From Candidatus Micrarchaeia archaeon (GTDB lineage: Archaea; Micrarchaeota; Micrarchaeia; Burarchaeales; Fermentimicrarchaeaceae), in the NCBI GenBank assembly GCA_038871515.1, contig JAVZHX010000001.1:128001-192000 (forward strand): 64,000 nt of DNA, read 5' to 3'. Position 1 is the stretch's first letter. Every line of letters starts with the position of its first letter. Shown here piece after piece: positions 10,105 through 19,797 of the stretch. The notes below the pieces were generated by a model. It saw only the letters and a list, made by a program, of their open reading frames with translations, was not told the DNA's origin and made no database searches. Made by a program: the position numbers and the translations under genes.

Positions 10105-10740
10105 ATGGTCGTAGCTGTTAGGGAGGAGCTTACAAAACATCACGGGGAGGAAGCTGCGAAGGTTGTTGAGGAGATAAGAGGAAAGTCAAATGAGGTTATA
10201 AAGGATAGGATGAGGGAGTTTGTCAAGGAAAATGGCTCAAACACTCAGAAGGTTATGGGAGTAAACGGTGCGCTGCTTGAGGGTTTTAGAAGGGCGAAGG
10301 ACAACAACCAGAAAGCAACGTATGGAAGCGGTGTTATCTATCTTGCTTCAAGCATGAATGAGAGAGCGGAGGAGCTGGTGAAGCAGCTTGGGGAGATAAA
10401 TGAGAGTATTAAGAAGAAGGGTGAATCTCCCCAGTGGGTTGTCCCAAGGGAGAAGAAAATTGAGGATATGAATGGTTTCTACCATGATTTGCTTGGGATG
10501 AATATAACAAAGAATACTGAAAGTATGCTGAAAATAAGGAATGGTGCGCTGCCTGTTGAGAGCACAGAGGGGTTTATGAAAGTGCTGCTTGATGCTTATT
10601 ACAGAAGCGATTATGCGGTTGGAATAAAAAATGTGATAGATGGAGTTGTATACAACCTTTCTTTGGGAATAGATGAGATTCAGGATAGAATAAACAGAGC
10701 AAAAAACCAGCACGAGTTTGCAGGCTTAAAAGTGAAGTGA
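10105..10740 (+). CDS. Hypothetical protein
   Basis: 211-aa ORF with host-like codon usage; no recognised motif. Confidence 0.6.
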   Translation: MVVAVREELTKHHGEEAAKVVEEIRGKSNEVIKDRMREFVKENGSNTQKVMGVNGALLEGFRRAKDNNQKATYGSGVIYLASSMNERAEELVKQLGEINESIKKKGESPQWVVPREKKIEDMNGFYHDLLGMNITKNTESMLKIRNGALPVESTEGFMKVLLDAYYRSDYAVGIKNVIDGVVYNLSLGIDEIQDRINRAKNQHEFAGLKVK

Positions 10741-11376
10741 TTACTTATACCCAAACTCCCCAATTAATGGAACGAAAACAACTGGCAGAAGGTTTGAAGT
10801 TTGTATTTCACTTCCTGTTTTTACAACAAGCTGCAAATCCTGGAACATCCTTGAGCCTACTGGAATCACCATCTTCCCTTCCTCTTTCAGTTGCTCCGCT
10901 AATGGCTTTGGTATTGAAGGGGAAGCAGCTGTGACAATTATTCTGTCATACGGAGCTTCTTTCGGGTATCCTTTGGTTCCATCCCCCTCTATGAATTTTA
11001 TGTTCGCATACCCAAGCTTCTCAACGTTTTTCTTTGCAAATTCTATAAGCTGAGGAATTCTTTCCACCGTGTAAACAACTCCAGATTCTCCAACAAGCTC
11101 CGCGAGTATTGCAGCCTGGTAACCGCTTCCAGAGCCAATTTCAAGTATTTTCATCCCTTCCTTTACATCAAGCGATTTGCTCATAAACGCAACGATGCTT
11201 GGTGCTGAAATTGTTTGCCCAAACCCGATTGGCAACGGCGTGTCGGAATACGCGTTTCGCATATATTCCTCTGGAACGAACAGCTCACGCGGCACTTTCT
11301 TCATCGCAGCTGCAACTCTCTCATCAGCATACCCCTGGGAGAAAAGCAGCTCGATCATCTCCTCATTTTTATCCAT
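10741..11376 (-). CDS. pcm: Protein-L-isoaspartate O-methyltransferase
   Basis: VPRELFVP, GQTISAP, LEIGSGSGY, APYDRIIVTAA. Confidence 0.95.
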   Translation of the reverse strand: MDKNEEMIELLFSQGYADERVAAAMKKVPRELFVPEEYMRNAYSDTPLPIGFGQTISAPSIVAFMSKSLDVKEGMKILEIGSGSGYQAAILAELVGESGVVYTVERIPQLIEFAKKNVEKLGYANIKFIEGDGTKGYPKEAPYDRIIVTAASPSIPKPLAEQLKEEGKMVIPVGSRMFQDLQLVVKTGSEIQTSNLLPVVFVPLIGEFGYK

Positions 11377-11507
11377 ATTTTTTATTTTTCACGCAGGGGA
11401 TTAATAACTTTCCCCACAAGAGAAAAAAACGTTTTTTATTTGTTTTACCGACGGAAAATTGATAAAAAGTTTTTTATATTCTCTTGTTCAAATAGTAATG
11501 TGAGAGA

Positions 11508-12038
11508 ATGCAAGTGGTGAGAATTCCGAGCGAGAGAGTGCCAGTGCTCATAGGGAAGAACGGTGATGTGAAGAGAAAAATTGAGAGGAAGGGAAGAGTA
11601 AAACTAAAAGTGGATGAGGAGGGAGAAGTAGAAATAAATGGGAAGGAAAGCGTGGATGAGTGGAAAGCAACAGAGGTTGTGAAGGCAATTGGGAGGGGTT
11701 TTAACCCTGAGAAAGCATTCAAGTTGTTCAGCGATGAGTTCTACCTCAAGATAATTGACTTGAAGCAGATATTTGGAAGCGAGAAAGAGATAACGAGGTA
11801 TAAGGGAAGGGTGATAGGGAAAGCAGGGAAAGCAAAAAGAGTAATTGAGGAGACCAGTGGAGCTGACCTGTGCATATATGGGAAGACAGTTGCCATAATC
11901 GGCAGGTTGGATGAGGTTGGTTTGGCAGAGGATGCAGTAAGCAGATTGCTTGAGGGTTCAAGCCACGCGAAGGTGTACTCACTGCTTGAGAAAGGAAGGA
12001 GGAGGATGAGGGAGGAGAGATTATGGGAGATGAAGTGA
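11508..12038 (+). CDS. KH-domain pre-rRNA processing protein (Dim2/PNO1-like)
   Basis: LIGKNG and VIGKAG KH loops, KAIGRGF; conserved position before top6B. Confidence 0.9.
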   Translation: MQVVRIPSERVPVLIGKNGDVKRKIERKGRVKLKVDEEGEVEINGKESVDEWKATEVVKAIGRGFNPEKAFKLFSDEFYLKIIDLKQIFGSEKEITRYKGRVIGKAGKAKRVIEETSGADLCIYGKTVAIIGRLDEVGLAEDAVSRLLEGSSHAKVYSLLEKGRRRMREERLWEMK

Positions 12039-15000
12039 ACGGAAGTGAAATTTTCAAGGAGTTCAAGGAGTATTCGGTAGTGGAATTCTTCAAGAAGAAC
12101 AGGCAGATGCTTGGTTTTGCGGGGAAGGTTCGCTCCCTCACAACAATCATCCATGAGTATACAACCAACAGTGTTACATATGATACCCCAACAGTGATAA
12201 TGGTTGATGGTAGAGTGAGAATAGAGAAAATTGGCAAGTTTGTTGATGAGTTGATTGAGAGAAATGGGGGACGGGTAGATGTAAATGGCGATGTTGAGTC
12301 GGTAAGACAGCTTGGTGATAATTATAAAGTTCTGTGTTTTGATAGGAATACGCTAAAACTTGCTTTTAAACCGATGAAATCCGCCCATAGGCATAGAATG
12401 GGGGAGGATGAAAAAATATTCACGATTAAAACTATTGGCGGGAGAAAAGTTGAGGTAACCAGGCACCATAGTTTATTTACGCTGAGGGGAGGGGCAGTAA
12501 CCCCTATTAGGGCAGAGGAGATATCGAAAGGGGATTATATAGTTGTGCCCGCAAGAGGATGGATAGGGGAAAAGGACAATATCAATGAGATTAATTTGAT
12601 TGAGGAAATGCTAAAACTCCCTCCGGAAGAAACAGAAAAGATTGGTATATATGGAGTCAAAAAGATACTCTACTCAAATTCGTATTTGAAGAACAAGATA
12701 AAGAGTCAACTTTTAAAGAAAGACAGAGAGAATACTTTTTACGCTTGTTATATGCAGTGTGATAGATTACCCATAAATCTAATTAGATGTCTAAGCAGGG
12801 AGGAACGGGAAGCTTTCTATGGTTGTAAAATAGGTTTCAAGAAAGGAAAGCACCTCTTGGAAAATTATATAAAAGTGAATGAGGATTTGGCAAGATTCTT
12901 GGGCATATTCACTGCAGAGGGCTCAGTAAGAACTAATCTTGGGCAGTCTGTTTTGTCTTTTGGTGCTAGGGAGAGCGAGTTGATAGGATTTAGTGCGAAA
13001 TTGGTGAGTAAAATTTTTGGCGTAAATGCATCCATTACGCGCGCTCATAAAACTGCAGTGAATGTAGTTGTAACTAGTAAAATAGTGGCTTTTGTGCTGA
13101 GTAAGATATTTGGATATGGACACTCCGCAAAGGATAAAATAATCCCGGAGATCGTGTTTAATCTTAGCAGGGAAAAGGTTAGAGAATTTTTGTATGGTTA
13201 TCTTTGCGGCGATGGTTGTCCATCGGAACTATTATTGGATGTATTATTCCATAGAACTTCTCTTGAAGAGAGAAGCCTAAAAATAACTGCTGCCACTGCG
13301 AGTGAAAAGCTGGCAGTTCATCTATTGTATCTTCTATCAGCATTGGGCTACTCTCCTTACATCCAGAAAAAACCTGCAGCAGTTAGATTGGTTAATGGCA
13401 ACAAAGCGAAGTTTGGCGAATCTTATATAATAGAATTCTGGACTAAACAGATATTGAGTCCTCTCAATTTCTATCCCCTGAAAGAAGGCGGAGTAAACGA
13501 TGTACACGAGTTTAGACTTAAATGGGCCGTTACAAATAGGGGGCAGCAGGTAGTTCTGATTGACAAAATTCCCTCCCTCTCAAAGCAAGCTACGGTATCG
13601 GAAGATGCTTTAAGATTCTGCAACAGTGACCTACGAGTTTTACAGGTGAAAGAGATTGAGATAAGAAATGCAAATAGCGATGAGTATGTTTACGACTACT
13701 CTGTGGAGGGAGATGAGAATTTTGTTGGTGGGTACGGTCCAATTTGCCTGCACAACTCTTTTGATGCGTGTGAAGAGGCAGGTATACTTCCAGATATTTT
13801 TGTGAAAATTGATGAGCTTCCTGATGGACACGTGAAAGTTTTGATTCAGGATAATGGGCCTGGCATACCCAAGGATTACCTTGGGAAGGCAATGGGAATG
13901 ATGCTTGCTGGTACGAAGTTTCATAGGTATATGCAGCAGAGGGGGCAGCAGGGAATTGGAGGGGCTGGCTGCACCCTCTTCTCTCAGATAACAACGGGGA
14001 AGGCAACAAAGATGCGTTCTGGTTTAGGTGATGGGAAGGTGTATGAGTGCGAGATGAAAATTGATGTGAAAAACAACCAGCCAGTCATATCAAACTTCAA
14101 CGAGTTTATGGGAAACTTCAGGGGTTTGAGAATTGAGGCGGAGTTCGCTGATGTGAAATACGATAAGAGCGAGCATGGCGTTTATGAGTATTTGAGAAGA
14201 ACTGCGATGGCAAACCCGCATGGACAGATTACTTTTATAGAGCCAACTGGGGAGAAGCACATTTTTCCAAGAGCATCTGACAAAATTCCCGAAAAGCCTG
14301 TTGAGATACAACCCCATCCGCTTGGGGTGACAACAGGTGATTTGATTGACATGGCGCACAGAACTGACTCAAGAAAGCTCTCCTCATTTTTGGTGAACAC
14401 TTTTTCAAGGATGAGCTCCGCAAAAGTTGAGGAGCTTGCGAAGCTTGTGCCAACTGTGAACTTTGAGAAAAACCCGAAGGATTTGAAATGGGGTGAAGCA
14501 GAAGCAATAGTGAATGCGATAAGGACGATGAAGTGGATTGCGCCGCCAACCGATGCGCTGAGGCCGATTGGCTCTGACCAGATTGAGAAAGCATTGAAAA
14601 ACATACTTAATCCGGAGTTTATTTCTGTGAGCAGCAGGAAGCCAAAAGTTTACAGGGGAGGAGTTCCATTCATGGTGGAAGCTGCAATTGCATACGGAGG
14701 AAACGCTGGAAGGGAGAGGAATGATGGGACGAGAGGAGGCGATATAATAAGGTATGCAAATAGGGTTCCACTGATGTTTGATGGTGGTTCATGCGCGATA
14801 ACTGAAGCTGTGAGGAGCATTGATTGGAAGAGGTATGATATAAAGGATTTTGAGAATGAGCCAGTGACTGTTTTTGCAAATTTTGTCTCGGTGCACGTTC
14901 CGTATACTGGGACGGGGAAGCAGGCGATAGTTGCAGAGGATGAAATTGTCTCTGAGATAAGGTATGCGATAATGGAGGTTGCGAGGGATTTGCAGATTTA

Positions 15001-15241
15001 TCTCAGAGGGAAAATAAAGGAGATGGATAGGGAGACGAAGAAGAAGATTATAATGAGGTATGTGAAGCAGCTTTCATTTGACTTGGGTGAGCTTGCTGGG
15101 GTGGAGAATCCATCTAAAATTGAGGAGGAGCTTCGCAGGATTATTGAAACCAAGTATGAGAAAATAGAGGGAGAGGTGGAGGAGGCTGTTGAGAAGGTTG
15201 AGGAGGAGGTGGAGGGTGAGGAGAATGAAAAAGAGGAGTGA
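12023..15241 (+). CDS. top6B: DNA topoisomerase VI subunit B containing one intein
   Basis: EFFKKNRQMLGF, HE..N|SFDACEE, DNGPGI, QRGQQGIG, RYANRVPL. Confidence 0.95.
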   Translation: MGDEVNGSEIFKEFKEYSVVEFFKKNRQMLGFAGKVRSLTTIIHEYTTNSVTYDTPTVIMVDGRVRIEKIGKFVDELIERNGGRVDVNGDVESVRQLGDNYKVLCFDRNTLKLAFKPMKSAHRHRMGEDEKIFTIKTIGGRKVEVTRHHSLFTLRGGAVTPIRAEEISKGDYIVVPARGWIGEKDNINEINLIEEMLKLPPEETEKIGIYGVKKILYSNSYLKNKIKSQLLKKDRENTFYACYMQCDRLPINLIRCLSREEREAFYGCKIGFKKGKHLLENYIKVNEDLARFLGIFTAEGSVRTNLGQSVLSFGARESELIGFSAKLVSKIFGVNASITRAHKTAVNVVVTSKIVAFVLSKIFGYGHSAKDKIIPEIVFNLSREKVREFLYGYLCGDGCPSELLLDVLFHRTSLEERSLKITAATASEKLAVHLLYLLSALGYSPYIQKKPAAVRLVNGNKAKFGESYIIEFWTKQILSPLNFYPLKEGGVNDVHEFRLKWAVTNRGQQVVLIDKIPSLSKQATVSEDALRFCNSDLRVLQVKEIEIRNANSDEYVYDYSVEGDENFVGGYGPICLHNSFDACEEAGILPDIFVKIDELPDGHVKVLIQDNGPGIPKDYLGKAMGMMLAGTKFHRYMQQRGQQGIGGAGCTLFSQITTGKATKMRSGLGDGKVYECEMKIDVKNNQPVISNFNEFMGNFRGLRIEAEFADVKYDKSEHGVYEYLRRTAMANPHGQITFIEPTGEKHIFPRASDKIPEKPVEIQPHPLGVTTGDLIDMAHRTDSRKLSSFLVNTFSRMSSAKVEELAKLVPTVNFEKNPKDLKWGEAEAIVNAIRTMKWIAPPTDALRPIGSDQIEKALKNILNPEFISVSSRKPKVYRGGVPFMVEAAIAYGGNAGRERNDGTRGGDIIRYANRVPLMFDGGSCAITEAVRSIDWKRYDIKDFENEPVTVFANFVSVHVPYTGTGKQAIVAEDEIVSEIRYAIMEVARDLQIYLRGKIKEMDRETKKKIIMRYVKQLSFDLGELAGVENPSKIEEELRRIIETKYEKIEGEVEEAVEKVEEEVEGEENEKEE
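12170..13756 (+). mobile_element. Intein (529 aa) in Top6B with LAGLIDADG endonuclease
   Basis: HEYTTN|SVTYDT...VTRHHSLF...VYDYSVE...CLHN|SFDA; FLGIFTAEG and FLYGYLCGDG blocks. Confidence 0.93.
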
Positions 15242-16337
15242 GGATAGCTCTGAAGTTATAAAAAAGCTTGAGGAGCTTGGGGAGCAGATGATTTCTGAAA
15301 TAAAGAATGGGGAGTCTCCAAAGTTTGAGTGCTTGTTGAGGAGCAGGGGGAATGTTTTCTATGATGAGAAGAGTGGTTACATAAAGCTAGGTGACAAAAA
15401 GGAGGTTAGAACTTTTCTGAATGTAGGGCAGGCGAAGAAGTTCATGCAGACAGTTGCGGTTGCAGCGAAATGCAAGAAATTCTTGAAGGAGAATTCCCAT
15501 ACGAGTATAAGGGGTTTGTTCTACCAGCTGAAGTTCACGCTTGGGGAGGATGTGGAGGAGGAGCTTTTCTCAGAGCAGAGCGAGAGCAACCCGCTTGTTG
15601 AGGATTTGGAGGTTGCGCTGAATGTGAAGAGGGAGGATTTGAATTTGAATACGGATAGGAAGGGAGTTGTTGCGGGCAACCTTGTTTTAAAGGATAAGTT
15701 TGGGGGGGAGGTTAATGAGATAGATTGCTCAAAGCAAGGAAGGAGCGGTTGGATGATTCCAAGCGATGTGGATAATGGGATGGAGTTCGTTGATGTAAAC
15801 GCAGATTTTGTGCTTGTGGTTGAGAAAGATGCTCTCTGGCAGAGGTTGAATGAGGATAAGTTTTGGAAGAAGGAGAACTGCATACTGATAACACCAAAGG
15901 GGCAGTCATCAAGGGGATGCAGAAGATTGATAAGGAAGCTTGCGGATATGAAGCTGCCGGTTTACTGCTTCACGGACTGCGATGCGTGGGGCTGGTATAT
16001 CTACTGGACGATTAAGACTGGGAGCATGAATCTTGCTTATCTTGGAGGCGATATTGCAACTCCTGAGGCGAAGTTCATTGGAGTTACTATGAGGGATATT
16101 GTGGATTATGATTTCCTTGGGAAGTTGACAATAAGGACAAAGGATGTTGATTTGAAGAGAGCTGAGGAGATGCTTACCTACCCTTGGATAACTGCGCACA
16201 AGGAGTGGGTGGAGGAGCTGAAAACAGTGTTGGCAACGAAGAAGAAGCTTGAGCAGGACGCGCTGCAGGGACCACGTTTGTCTTTCGTTGGTGATTATAT
16301 AAGGGAGAAAATTGAGAAGAAGAAGTTCCTGCCGTAG
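15225..16337 (+). CDS. top6A: DNA topoisomerase VI subunit A
   Basis: SIRGLFY (catalytic Tyr region), VVEKDA, TDCDAWG TOPRIM; ATG at 15225 preferred. Confidence 0.95.
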   Translation: MKKRSEDSSEVIKKLEELGEQMISEIKNGESPKFECLLRSRGNVFYDEKSGYIKLGDKKEVRTFLNVGQAKKFMQTVAVAAKCKKFLKENSHTSIRGLFYQLKFTLGEDVEEELFSEQSESNPLVEDLEVALNVKREDLNLNTDRKGVVAGNLVLKDKFGGEVNEIDCSKQGRSGWMIPSDVDNGMEFVDVNADFVLVVEKDALWQRLNEDKFWKKENCILITPKGQSSRGCRRLIRKLADMKLPVYCFTDCDAWGWYIYWTIKTGSMNLAYLGGDIATPEAKFIGVTMRDIVDYDFLGKLTIRTKDVDLKRAEEMLTYPWITAHKEWVEELKTVLATKKKLEQDALQGPRLSFVGDYIREKIEKKKFLP

Positions 16338-16338
16338 G

Positions 16339-16346
16339 TTTAAATA
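16339..16346 (+). promoter_or_regulatory. TATA box of tRNA-Asn
   Basis: TTTAAATA about 25-32 nt upstream of the mature tRNA 5' end. Confidence 0.55.
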
Positions 16347-16370
16347 TTTCAGTTTCCTAAATTCAACCAA

Positions 16371-16469
16371 GCCCCGATAGCTCAGTTGGTAGAGCGACTG
16401 TCGATTGGTCGAAGCTGTTAACCAACTGCGGAAACCAGTAGGTCGTCGGTTCAAGTCCGACTCGGGGCG
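16371..16469 (+). tRNA. tRNA-Asn(GUU) with two 13-nt introns (30/31: 16401-16413; 37/38: 16421-16433)
   Basis: Removing both gives a 73-nt cloverleaf with stem ACTGG/CCAGT, loop CT-GTT-AA and G73; both introns form BHB motifs (CGAC:GTCG and CTGT:GCGG). Confidence 0.9.
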
Positions 16470-16517
16470 CATTCCAAAAAGAAATCTATTTTTAACTCTT
16501 TCACATAAAAGTAATTT

Positions 16518-16820
16518 ATGAAGTGCGATTACTGCAAGAAAGTTTCAGATGAGCTTCCGTATAAATGCAAGTTCTGCAGCGGTATCTTCTGCTCAGACCA
16601 CAGACTGCCTGAGAACCATGACTGCATTGGCTTGGAGAGATACAAGGATGTGAAGCACGTTGAGTTCAAGAAAGATGTTGTGAAAGCTGCAAGGGAGTAC
16701 GACACAAAAATAAAAACATATGCAAGAAGAGGGATTGAAATAAAACAAATTCTTCTTTACATAGTTATACTCATAATACTGCTTTTCATACTTTACTACA
16801 TATGGAACTTCCTCCTGTAG
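16518..16820 (+). CDS. AN1-type zinc-finger protein with C-terminal TM helix
   Basis: CDYC..LPYKCKFC..FCSDHRLPENHDC. Confidence 0.85.
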   Translation: MKCDYCKKVSDELPYKCKFCSGIFCSDHRLPENHDCIGLERYKDVKHVEFKKDVVKAAREYDTKIKTYARRGIEIKQILLYIVILIILLFILYYIWNFLL

Positions 16821-16866
16821 GAATAGGAATATAAATTAAAAACTCCAAAAATTCTAAGTTGATGGG

Positions 16867-17652
16867 ATGGCAAGGCAGAAAAGGGAGAAAGTTGACAGAA
16901 ACCTCACTTACGAGGAAATTGTGGAGCGACTGGGAGAAGACGAGGATGTGAGCTTTGAGAGAATTGGGGATACGATAATACTGAGGAGAAAGGAGCCTGA
17001 GGAGGTTCCAGAGCCCCAGCCCGAGCTTCCAGTTGAATTCAAAAAGGAGCTTGATGAGGCTGAGAGGAAGCTCCTTCTTGTCAAAAGAGAGATAGAGAAG
17101 AGGAAAGTTGGAAAGATTGTAAAGAAGGATTATCAGGAGCTTGACGCTGCTTTTGCGAGGATGGAGGAGAGGTTGATTGCTTTGGAGAAGGAGTTAAGGG
17201 GTTTGAGAGTGGAGCTTGGTTATTTAAGGGGAGTTGTTTACGATAAAATGAAAGCTGAAAAAGTTGAGGAGCCGAAAGTTAAGGAAGTTGCTGTTGGAGA
17301 GGAGAAACAACTTCAGCTTGTTCAGGATGATATACCGGAGATAAAGTTTGAGGAAACAAAAATAGGTGGGTTGGGCTTGCTGGCAAGCACCCTTTCCAAT
17401 ATATACAACTCCTTGTTCCTTGGCGCACAGGAGGAGAGGGATGTTTACAAGGAGTTTCAGAAGAAACTATTCCTCCTTGTTAGAAGCCAGCCGAGAAGTT
17501 TGGATGAAATTGCTGAGGGAACTGGGGAGAATAAGGCGAACTGTTTAATCTGGTTAACAAGGATGGTGGATGAGGGTTTGTTGGAAGAGGTGAAGGGAGC
17601 AGAGGGATATGGAAAGAGAATTTACCGAATAGTTTGGGAGAAGGTTCAGTAA
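16867..17652 (+). CDS. Hypothetical coiled-coil protein with C-terminal winged helix
   Basis: Heptad-rich middle; SLDEIAE...WLTRMVDEGLLE..IYRI. Confidence 0.6.
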   Translation: MARQKREKVDRNLTYEEIVERLGEDEDVSFERIGDTIILRRKEPEEVPEPQPELPVEFKKELDEAERKLLLVKREIEKRKVGKIVKKDYQELDAAFARMEERLIALEKELRGLRVELGYLRGVVYDKMKAEKVEEPKVKEVAVGEEKQLQLVQDDIPEIKFEETKIGGLGLLASTLSNIYNSLFLGAQEERDVYKEFQKKLFLLVRSQPRSLDEIAEGTGENKANCLIWLTRMVDEGLLEEVKGAEGYGKRIYRIVWEKVQ

Positions 17653-18854
17653 ACCCATCCGATTCTCTCCCCAATTCTTATTAACTCATTGAATTTCGCA
17701 TTTCTCTCCCCACCAATTACATTTGTTTTAAGCATTCTGCATCCATGAGCAACTGCAACGTGAGAAATTGCACTGTCACAGGTTTCCCCAGAGCGGTGGG
17801 ATGCAATGCAAGTGTAGTTGTTCTGCTTCGCATACCTGACAGTTTCCTCAACCTGCGTGAGAGTGCCAATCTGATTTGGTTTTATTATCAACGCATTGCA
17901 TGCTTTCATCCTCACTCCTCTCTCAAGCCTTTTCCTGTTTGTCACAAACAAATCATCCCCGCATATTATGCATTTTGCTTTGCTTGTTAGCTCGGCAAAC
18001 CCCTCAAAATCCTCCTCGTGCAACGCATCCTCAACGAAAACTAACTTATATTTTCTTATCAGCTCAAGCACAAACTCAATCTGCTCCCCTCTGTCAAGCT
18101 TTCTTTTATCCACCTCGTAAACGTATTTTCCATCCTCAAAAAATGAGCTTGCAGCCAAATCCAAACCAACAGCAACTTCAACTCCAAACTCTGAGGAGAC
18201 GCTCTCGCATGCTTCAGAAAGAATTTCAAGCGCCTCCTCTGTTTTCAGCTTTGCAACCCACCCAGATTCATCATCCCTCCCCAAGCTTGCTCCTCTCTCT
18301 TTAAGCTTCTCCTTAACTTTCTTGTGAACAGCAACGTTTGCCTGCAGAGCGGGGTAGAGCTTTTTTGCATTTACTGGAACAACAAGAAACTCCTGAATGT
18401 CGCAGGAGTTCACCGCGTGCTTCCCTCCCCCAATAATTTTGCTTAGGGGAAGGGGGAAGTTCCTCCCATCCCCAAGAATCTCAAAGAGCTGCTTTCCCTG
18501 AAAGTTTGCTGATGCTTTTGCGCATGCTGTTGAGATTGCAATTGCGGTGTTGCCACCAAGCTTTGAAAAATTATCAGTTCCATCAGCTTCCCTTATTATT
18601 GAATCAATTTTTCTCTGCTGTGTTACATCAACTCCAATCAGCTTTGGCAGAAGATTTGCTTTTGCAAACTCAATTGAATCATCAACTCCTTTCGGGTAGG
18701 CAACTGCCTCATACTTTCCAACAGACGCGCCGCTTGGCGCAGAGCACCTTCCAAAAAAAGAATCACCAACCACTTCGCACTCAACTGAAAAATTACCTCG
18801 TGAATCAAGTATCTTTCTCAGTTTTATTTCCTTAATTTCATTCACTTCCACCAC
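17646..18854 (-). CDS. eno: Enolase
   Basis: ILDSRGN, APSGASVG, GDDLFVTN, IKPNQIG, SHRSGET. Confidence 0.96.
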   Translation of the reverse strand: MVEVNEIKEIKLRKILDSRGNFSVECEVVGDSFFGRCSAPSGASVGKYEAVAYPKGVDDSIEFAKANLLPKLIGVDVTQQRKIDSIIREADGTDNFSKLGGNTAIAISTACAKASANFQGKQLFEILGDGRNFPLPLSKIIGGGKHAVNSCDIQEFLVVPVNAKKLYPALQANVAVHKKVKEKLKERGASLGRDDESGWVAKLKTEEALEILSEACESVSSEFGVEVAVGLDLAASSFFEDGKYVYEVDKRKLDRGEQIEFVLELIRKYKLVFVEDALHEEDFEGFAELTSKAKCIICGDDLFVTNRKRLERGVRMKACNALIIKPNQIGTLTQVEETVRYAKQNNYTCIASHRSGETCDSAISHVAVAHGCRMLKTNVIGGERNAKFNELIRIGERIGWVY

Positions 18855-19173
18855 CCTGCAGCTTGATTATTGCATCGGCAATGTTGCCGTTGCACTCACG
18901 CAGCATTTCCTCGGCTTTCTCACGCGCTGCGCCTGTTTTTTCCATAACAAGCTTCACATCATCCTCCTTTATCAACTGCTTCTCCTCAACCTTCCCAGTT
19001 ACCTGAAAGCTCCTCTGCCCCCTCATTGAAATTTCAATCACCTGCGGTTGCATTATAACTATCTGGCTTCCTTCTTTCTCTATAACAACTCTATCTGCTT
19101 TTATCTCCTGGCTCTTTATTCCCATCTGCTCCATCATCCTCTGCATCTGCTTTGGGTTGACTCCTGGCAACAT
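18838..19173 (-). CDS. nac: Nascent polypeptide-associated complex protein
   Basis: NPKQMQRMMEQMGI; C-terminal UBA-like region. Confidence 0.92.
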   Translation of the reverse strand: MLPGVNPKQMQRMMEQMGIKSQEIKADRVVIEKEGSQIVIMQPQVIEISMRGQRSFQVTGKVEEKQLIKEDDVKLVMEKTGAAREKAEEMLRECNGNIADAIIKLQGGGSE

Positions 19174-19211
19174 GTAACCACAAGTATATTACAGAAACAG
19201 CATTTATAAAT

Positions 19212-19793
19212 TCATGATGCGGTGCTTCCCGCAATTTCAGTTTTCCTTACCTCAATTCTCTTTATTGGGCATATTTTCTTTAGTTTATTGAAAAGGTGAG
19301 CGGAAAACTTTCCAAACACTATCTCCTGGATGAGCTGCTGGCTGTCAAGCTCCTTCGCTCTGTTTATCATCTCCTCCCTTGAGTTTTTTCTCAAATCGGT
19401 TCTCGCAGAGGAGCTCACCCTCTTTGCTGTGAAAATCTGCAGCTTCAACCTCATCTTCACTCCATCCTTCGTTTCAACGTCAACAACTTCTCCAACAACA
19501 TCCCTCCTCCTTCTCACAAGTGTTTTCAAATAGCTCGGTGATATCTCATGCCCAACAAACGTTGTGTATGCAGTTTTCCCTTTCACATCATTCACTTTGA
19601 ATTTCAGTGAAACATATGAGTGGCTTATATCCCCAGTTAAATCAGAAAGGCTCACCTCAACAACTCTGTTGAGGAGCTTTGAGTCCTCGGTTGCAGGAAT
19701 CTGCCCTATTTCCTTATTCTCAAAAATCTGCGGAGCAAGAACTGTATACCAGGTTTTGCTCTTCCAAACATCAACAATTTTTGCCTTTGCCAT
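19212..19793 (-). CDS. rps3ae: 30S ribosomal protein S3Ae (eS1)
   Basis: DVWKSKTWYTVLAP, KKICPIKRIEVRK. Confidence 0.95.
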   Translation of the reverse strand: MAKAKIVDVWKSKTWYTVLAPQIFENKEIGQIPATEDSKLLNRVVEVSLSDLTGDISHSYVSLKFKVNDVKGKTAYTTFVGHEISPSYLKTLVRRRRDVVGEVVDVETKDGVKMRLKLQIFTAKRVSSSARTDLRKNSREEMINRAKELDSQQLIQEIVFGKFSAHLFNKLKKICPIKRIEVRKTEIAGSTAS

Positions 19794-19797
19794 TCAA

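Noticed and set aside
16371..16469. Reading this tRNA as Asp(GUC) from CT-GTC at 16398-16402
   Set aside because: That register leaves no anticodon stem. The two-intron Asn(GUU) model gives a perfect stem, two BHB motifs and a 73-nt product.
15909..16472. 187-aa minus-strand ORF
   Set aside because: Antisense to top6A and tRNA-Asn.
16867..17652. Possible ESCRT-III/CdvB-like protein (coiled coil plus wHTH)
   Set aside because: Only a generic architectural resemblance; no recognisable Snf7 core and no cdv neighbours.
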